Shown here: positions 60,138-64,000 of the stretch, piece after piece | Layout of the letters: the number at the start of each line of letters is the position of its first letter | Numbering within the stretch: position 1 is the stretch's first letter | DNA from: Myxococcales bacterium | Lineage (GTDB): Bacteria; Desulfobacterota; Binatia; HRBIN30 | Assembly: GCA_037445065.1 (NCBI GenBank) | Contig: JBBILD010000011.1 | Span: 64,001-128,000, forward strand | Direction of reading: 5' to 3' | DNA length: 64,000 bases | The notes under the pieces: model-generated | The model's input: the letters and a program-made list of their open reading frames with translations, nothing else | What the model was told of the DNA's origin: nothing | The model's database searches: none | Program-made: the position numbers and the translations under genes

Positions 60138-62326
60138 GCCCCTTTTCCCTCCTCGGTGAGCGGCCAGAAACGCACGTACTCGAGGAGTCGCAGGCCGCGC
60201 CACTTGCCGAGCACGATGTCCACGCCCACGGACAGCAAGAGGATTTCTGGGAAGGCGAGGAGCAGAGACTGCAGCCCTCCCCATTCTATGGCGGTGTGAC
60301 ACGCAGCCGCCATGAGCAAGGTGTTGGCAGTGAGTCGCAGGGCAGTGCGAGTGCCGAACTGCGCGCGCGACGAGGCAAAATGCTCGATCATGTTGGACAT
60401 GATGACCATGGGAAAAATGCTGACGTTGAGCAAAGCGCCAATGCCGAAGGAAGCTCCGAGCACGGCGAGGCCAGCCATGATTCCGGCCACGATCGTGATC
60501 AGGATGGCTAGACGCGAGACCAACTGCAGCCGTACCCTCTGCAGAACGGGGCGAAGCGCAGCACCGCTGCCAACGATCGTCACGAAGATCAGGATACCCC
60601 AGGCAAGCCCCGTGGTCAGGAACGCCAGCGAAACGATGACCGGCGCAAACGTCCCAAAGGTCTCGATCCCCACCACGATGCGAACCAGCACCACGAGAGC
60701 GGCAATCACGGGCAGGACCAGGATGAAGGTCAGGGCTTGCAAGGGAACTTGCGCTACCACCGCACGCGACCAAGCCGCTACCACCCAGCGCCGCCAAGGC
60801 TGCAGGGAGTCGATCAGGAAGGCGTCTACCGAGGTGGGCTTCAATGCCCACTTGCGCGCTTCGCTGGCGAACGGAAGTCCGTCGAGCAAGTTTGCGCGGA
60901 CCAGCGACCAGAGCACCGGTAACTTGACCGGGCGATCGAGCAAAACGATTTCCCCGGCGTCGAGCAATCTGTACAACACCGCGCCGAGAACAGTGCCCAC
61001 TGGGCGCGCAAACTCGCCGGCAATCACCACCCGCGCGTCTTGCATTTTTACGCCGACCTCGCCGAGCACCAGAGAGGCAAAAAGCCCGGAGTCGTCGCCA
61101 GTGTGCAGGACAAGTACGTGCGCGGCTTGGACCAAATTGAGGTTGTTCGACAGGAGCCGCTGTAAGTATTGCTGGCGGAAGTACCTCGGCGCTTGCGGGA
61201 CGTTAAACACGACCACGTTCACGTCCGCGTTCGTTGCTTCTCCAAAGATCCGCTCGATGGTTTGCGCAGCGGGGTCCTGGTCCGTGATGATCACCACGGA
61301 GGCCACCGGGTCGGCTACGTAGCTCGACAGAGTGCGCGCTAGAGGTCGCGGGGGAGCGACAAACTCGCGCGCCTTCCCCCCTGACGGACTGGCAGATTCG
61401 AGGCGGGTTCGCTGGATGAGAAAGCCGTAGTCGAACTCCGTTCCTGCAGAGGAAACAATCAGAGGCAGGTCGCCCCGATAGATCGCGAAGTAGCGGTTAG
61501 GCAGCCAGGCGAAATGCCCTCCACTGGGATCGAGCGGTACCCATGTGTCGCCAACCTTGGCCTCGACCCAGGCAATGGTGGCCCGCTTCTTGGCCGCGTC
61601 TTCCAGACGCAGCCCGCCAATGATGTCGGCGGGAATCCCGCTGGCCCGCAGTAAGGCGGCGAGCAAGCGAGCGCGGCCGGTCATCGTCCCTTTTCCCCGG
61701 CGCAGCACGCTGAGCGCGTCTTCCCGCGTCCCCCCACTCGAGGCTTGAATCGAATTTGCAGTGAATTGAAAGAGAGCCCACAGTACCTCGCGCATGGATT
61801 TGGCGCCCTCGGTGAGTTCGCGTGCCAGTTTGCGCACGCCTGGATCCTGGCTCTGGATGAGCGAGGAGTCAGGCCAGTCTGGCCCCGTGGCCTCTCCCGT
61901 TCGTGGAGGAGGTGGTTGTTCCGGAACGTCGGCAATCGTATCGCGCACAGTTGCATCCCATTCGAGGACGATCTCGGGAGCTTGCGAGCCCGGCTCGCGT
62001 ACGTAAACGCCCAGCATGTTCGGCCCGACAGGCGACTCGGAGAGGCGGAAGCCGGGTGTTTGGTTGCGGCGGCTCAGGATCTGCTGATGATCATTTGACA
62101 GCGGCAAAAAAACCTTGAAGGATCCGCTGGACAAATCCGGACTGGGGCGAAGGTAAAATCGTACCCGCCAGTAGGTGGTGGTCGGATTTTGCGGGCGTTC
62201 CTGTTGCGGAATGGCGAGTTCGGGCCCAGCGTAGAGTTCGGCGCTTGTGGTGGGTGTCGAAACGGCGGTCATGGCGCCCGCGTTGGCAGACCATAGGAGG
62301 CAAGCCAGCAGCAGGCGCAGGACCAT
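60134..62326 (-). CDS. Inactive transglutaminase fused to a 7TM domain
   Basis: LLAALLRASGIPA, AWVEA...WVPLDP; 7TM part R..VGIETFGTFAPV, SIFPMVI..IE, FPE...LGKWRGLRLLEYVRF; signal peptide at 62326. Confidence 0.88.
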   Translation of the reverse strand: MVLRLLLACLLWSANAGAMTAVSTPTTSAELYAGPELAIPQQERPQNPTTTYWRVRFYLRPSPDLSSGSFKVFLPLSNDHQQILSRRNQTPGFRLSESPVGPNMLGVYVREPGSQAPEIVLEWDATVRDTIADVPEQPPPPRTGEATGPDWPDSSLIQSQDPGVRKLARELTEGAKSMREVLWALFQFTANSIQASSGGTREDALSVLRRGKGTMTGRARLLAALLRASGIPADIIGGLRLEDAAKKRATIAWVEAKVGDTWVPLDPSGGHFAWLPNRYFAIYRGDLPLIVSSAGTEFDYGFLIQRTRLESASPSGGKAREFVAPPRPLARTLSSYVADPVASVVIITDQDPAAQTIERIFGEATNADVNVVVFNVPQAPRYFRQQYLQRLLSNNLNLVQAAHVLVLHTGDDSGLFASLVLGEVGVKMQDARVVIAGEFARPVGTVLGAVLYRLLDAGEIVLLDRPVKLPVLWSLVRANLLDGLPFASEARKWALKPTSVDAFLIDSLQPWRRWVVAAWSRAVVAQVPLQALTFILVLPVIAALVVLVRIVVGIETFGTFAPVIVSLAFLTTGLAWGILIFVTIVGSGAALRPVLQRVRLQLVSRLAILITIVAGIMAGLAVLGASFGIGALLNVSIFPMVIMSNMIEHFASSRAQFGTRTALRLTANTLLMAAACHTAIEWGGLQSLLLAFPEILLLSVGVDIVLGKWRGLRLLEYVRFWPLTEEGKGA

Positions 62327-62460
62327 GGATGGCAAGTGTCTACCAGGAGCTACCTGTACGGGCAATGGCGTAGGCGTTGGCAAGTGTGGCTTGGTTGTCT
62401 CGGTCCGGTGGGCATGCTTAAGCCAAGACCCACACCAGAAAACCGGTGGAGGCAAGGACC

Positions 62461-63615
62461 ATGAGCGGTAGCGTGGGTTACGAGCAGGAAGAAGTGGTGG
62501 CCACGGTACGGCGTTTTGTGGAGCGCGAAGTCATGCCGGTGGCGAGCGCGCTCGAGCATCGAAACGAGTATCCGTCCGCGTTGGTCGAGCGGATGCGGGA
62601 GTTGGGCTTGTTTGGAGCGACGATCCCTCCCGAGTACGGGGGTCTCGGCCTCGACGTGACCACCTATGCGCGGATCGTGGAGGAGCTGGCCCGGGGTTGG
62701 ATGAGCCTGAGTGGGGTGCTGAACACTCATCTCATGGTCGCCTACTTGATTCGCGTGCACGGAACAGACGCGCAACGCTCCCACTACTTGCCGGCGATGG
62801 CGCGAGGCGAGCACCGCGGGGCATTGTGCCTGACCGAGCCGCACGCCGGAAGCGACGTGCAGCGCATCCGCACCACCGCGGTACGGCGCGGGGACACCTA
62901 CGTGCTGAACGGTAGCAAGATGTTCATCACCAACGCGCGGACCGCAACGGTCTACGCAATTGCCGCGAAAACCGACCCCAAGGCCGATCCGCCGTACCGC
63001 GGGATTAGCTTGTTCCTGGGCGAAAAAGGCCCGGGTCTCACGGTAAGCCGGGACATCGACAAGCTCGGGTACAAGGGGATCGAGACCTGCGAAGTGCACC
63101 TGGAAGACTACCACGTTCCGGCGGATCGCTTGCTCGGCGGAGAGGAAGGAAAAGGGTTCTTGCAGGTCATGAGCGGCCTCGAGGTCGGGCGTGTGAACAT
63201 CGCTGCTCGCGCTGTGGGCGTGGCTACGGCTGCGTTCGAACAGGCGATCCGGTACGCACAACAGCGGGAAACCTTCGGCCGCCCGATTGCCCAGCACCAA
63301 GCAATCCAACTGAAGCTGGCTGACATGGCAACCAAAATCGAAGCGGCGCGGCTTCTCACCTATCGTGCGGCGGAGAAGAAAGATCGGGGGGAACGTGCTG
63401 ACCTGGAGGCCGGCATGGCAAAGCTGTTTGCGTCCGAAACGTGCCTCGAGGTCGCCACCGAAGCCATGCGCATCTTGGGCGGCTACGGGTACACGGCCGA
63501 GTTCCCAATTGAACGCTACTTCCGTGACGCGCCACTCATGATCATCGGTGAAGGGACCAACGAGATTCAGCGCCTGGTCATCGCTCGCCAACTGCTCGAA
63601 AAGTACAAGCTTTAA
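62461..63615 (+). CDS. Acyl-CoA dehydrogenase
   Basis: IPPEYGGLG, LTEPHAGSD, NGSKMFITN, KLGYKG, GMAKLFASE, IGEGTNEIQR. Confidence 0.94.
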   Translation: MSGSVGYEQEEVVATVRRFVEREVMPVASALEHRNEYPSALVERMRELGLFGATIPPEYGGLGLDVTTYARIVEELARGWMSLSGVLNTHLMVAYLIRVHGTDAQRSHYLPAMARGEHRGALCLTEPHAGSDVQRIRTTAVRRGDTYVLNGSKMFITNARTATVYAIAAKTDPKADPPYRGISLFLGEKGPGLTVSRDIDKLGYKGIETCEVHLEDYHVPADRLLGGEEGKGFLQVMSGLEVGRVNIAARAVGVATAAFEQAIRYAQQRETFGRPIAQHQAIQLKLADMATKIEAARLLTYRAAEKKDRGERADLEAGMAKLFASETCLEVATEAMRILGGYGYTAEFPIERYFRDAPLMIIGEGTNEIQRLVIARQLLEKYKL

Positions 63616-63801
63616 CCAGCGCTCCTGCGTGCTCGTTTTTGCCTTGGGCACGCTCCGGATGCATGCGCTCGGCAGGGCGCCCTTGTGCCCAAAACGAATC
63701 AGGGGATCAGCCGGCGCACCGGGCTTGTTGCTCGCACGGGCACCGAGGCGTAGCTCGCTCCTGGGGCTAGCGTGTGCCGAGCGTCACTTGTGGCCGGCGG
63801 C

Positions 63802-63999
63802 TCAAGCTGGCGTGTCGAGCCCGAAGAGTCGTTGGGCATTGGCTCCCAGGATGCGTTCGCGAGCCTCCGGCAGGTGTTCGGTGACGAGCAAGACCTTGGC
63901 CAGCGCCACCGCCTGCGGGTAAAAAGGCCAGTCGCTGCCAAAGAGCAAGCGCTCGCTGCCTAAGGTTTTATGGATCTCGTAAATGCTGGTGACGCCTTG
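63802..63999 (-). CDS. Amidohydrolase-2 family protein, C-terminal part (truncated by the window edge; absent from the ORF track)
   Basis: Manual translation: ...LGSERLLFGSDWPFYPQ...ERILGANAQRLFGLDTPA*. Confidence 0.85.
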   Translation of the reverse strand, partial: QGVTSIYEIHKTLGSERLLFGSDWPFYPQAVALAKVLLVTEHLPEARERILGANAQRLFGLDTPA

Positions 64000-64000
64000 C

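Noticed and set aside
60138..60851. N-terminal extension of the 557-aa ATP-grasp ORF
   Set aside because: Overlaps the 7TM gene out of frame. The ATGA-coupled start at 60137 fits the family, so no frameshift is needed.

Overview
A GC-rich (roughly 60-65% by eye) core-chromosome window, with most genes on the minus strand. I see no rRNA, tRNA, CRISPR array, transposase, integrase or phage genes. The protein styles suggest a Candidatus Binatia (Binatota) type bacterium; this is inference only. Housekeeping genes: groES-groEL, a dnaA with no dnaN beside it, the rimP-nusA-ylxR-infB-DUF503-rbfA-truB operon, greA, comF, dgt and era. Acyl-CoA metabolism is dense: an SCP2-type thiolase with an HMG-CoA-synthase-like/DUF35 fusion, methylmalonyl-CoA mutase with MeaB, an atypical SucCD-like ligase, an Mcd-like and a second acyl-CoA dehydrogenase, four family III CoA-transferases and two AMP-forming acyl-CoA ligases. 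There are many exported or surface proteins, several with long Thr/Pro linkers: two FG-GAP proteins with Cys-containing MYXO-CTERM-like tails, two PQQ-type beta-propeller lipoproteins, a Cys-rich PHP metallohydrolase and a Cys-rich orphan. The best novelty candidate is a lipoprotein with three tandem cohesin-like repeats, followed by a membrane-anchored single-repeat partner; its N-terminal domain recurs in a nearby stand-alone lipoprotein. This looks like a scaffoldin-like surface platform in a non-cellulolytic context. Other candidates are the orphan dnaA with its own DnaA-box cluster, the non-canonical SucCD/Mcd/mutase cluster and a sigma54-driven orphan gene. All family assignments come from motif recognition by eye; no database search was run.
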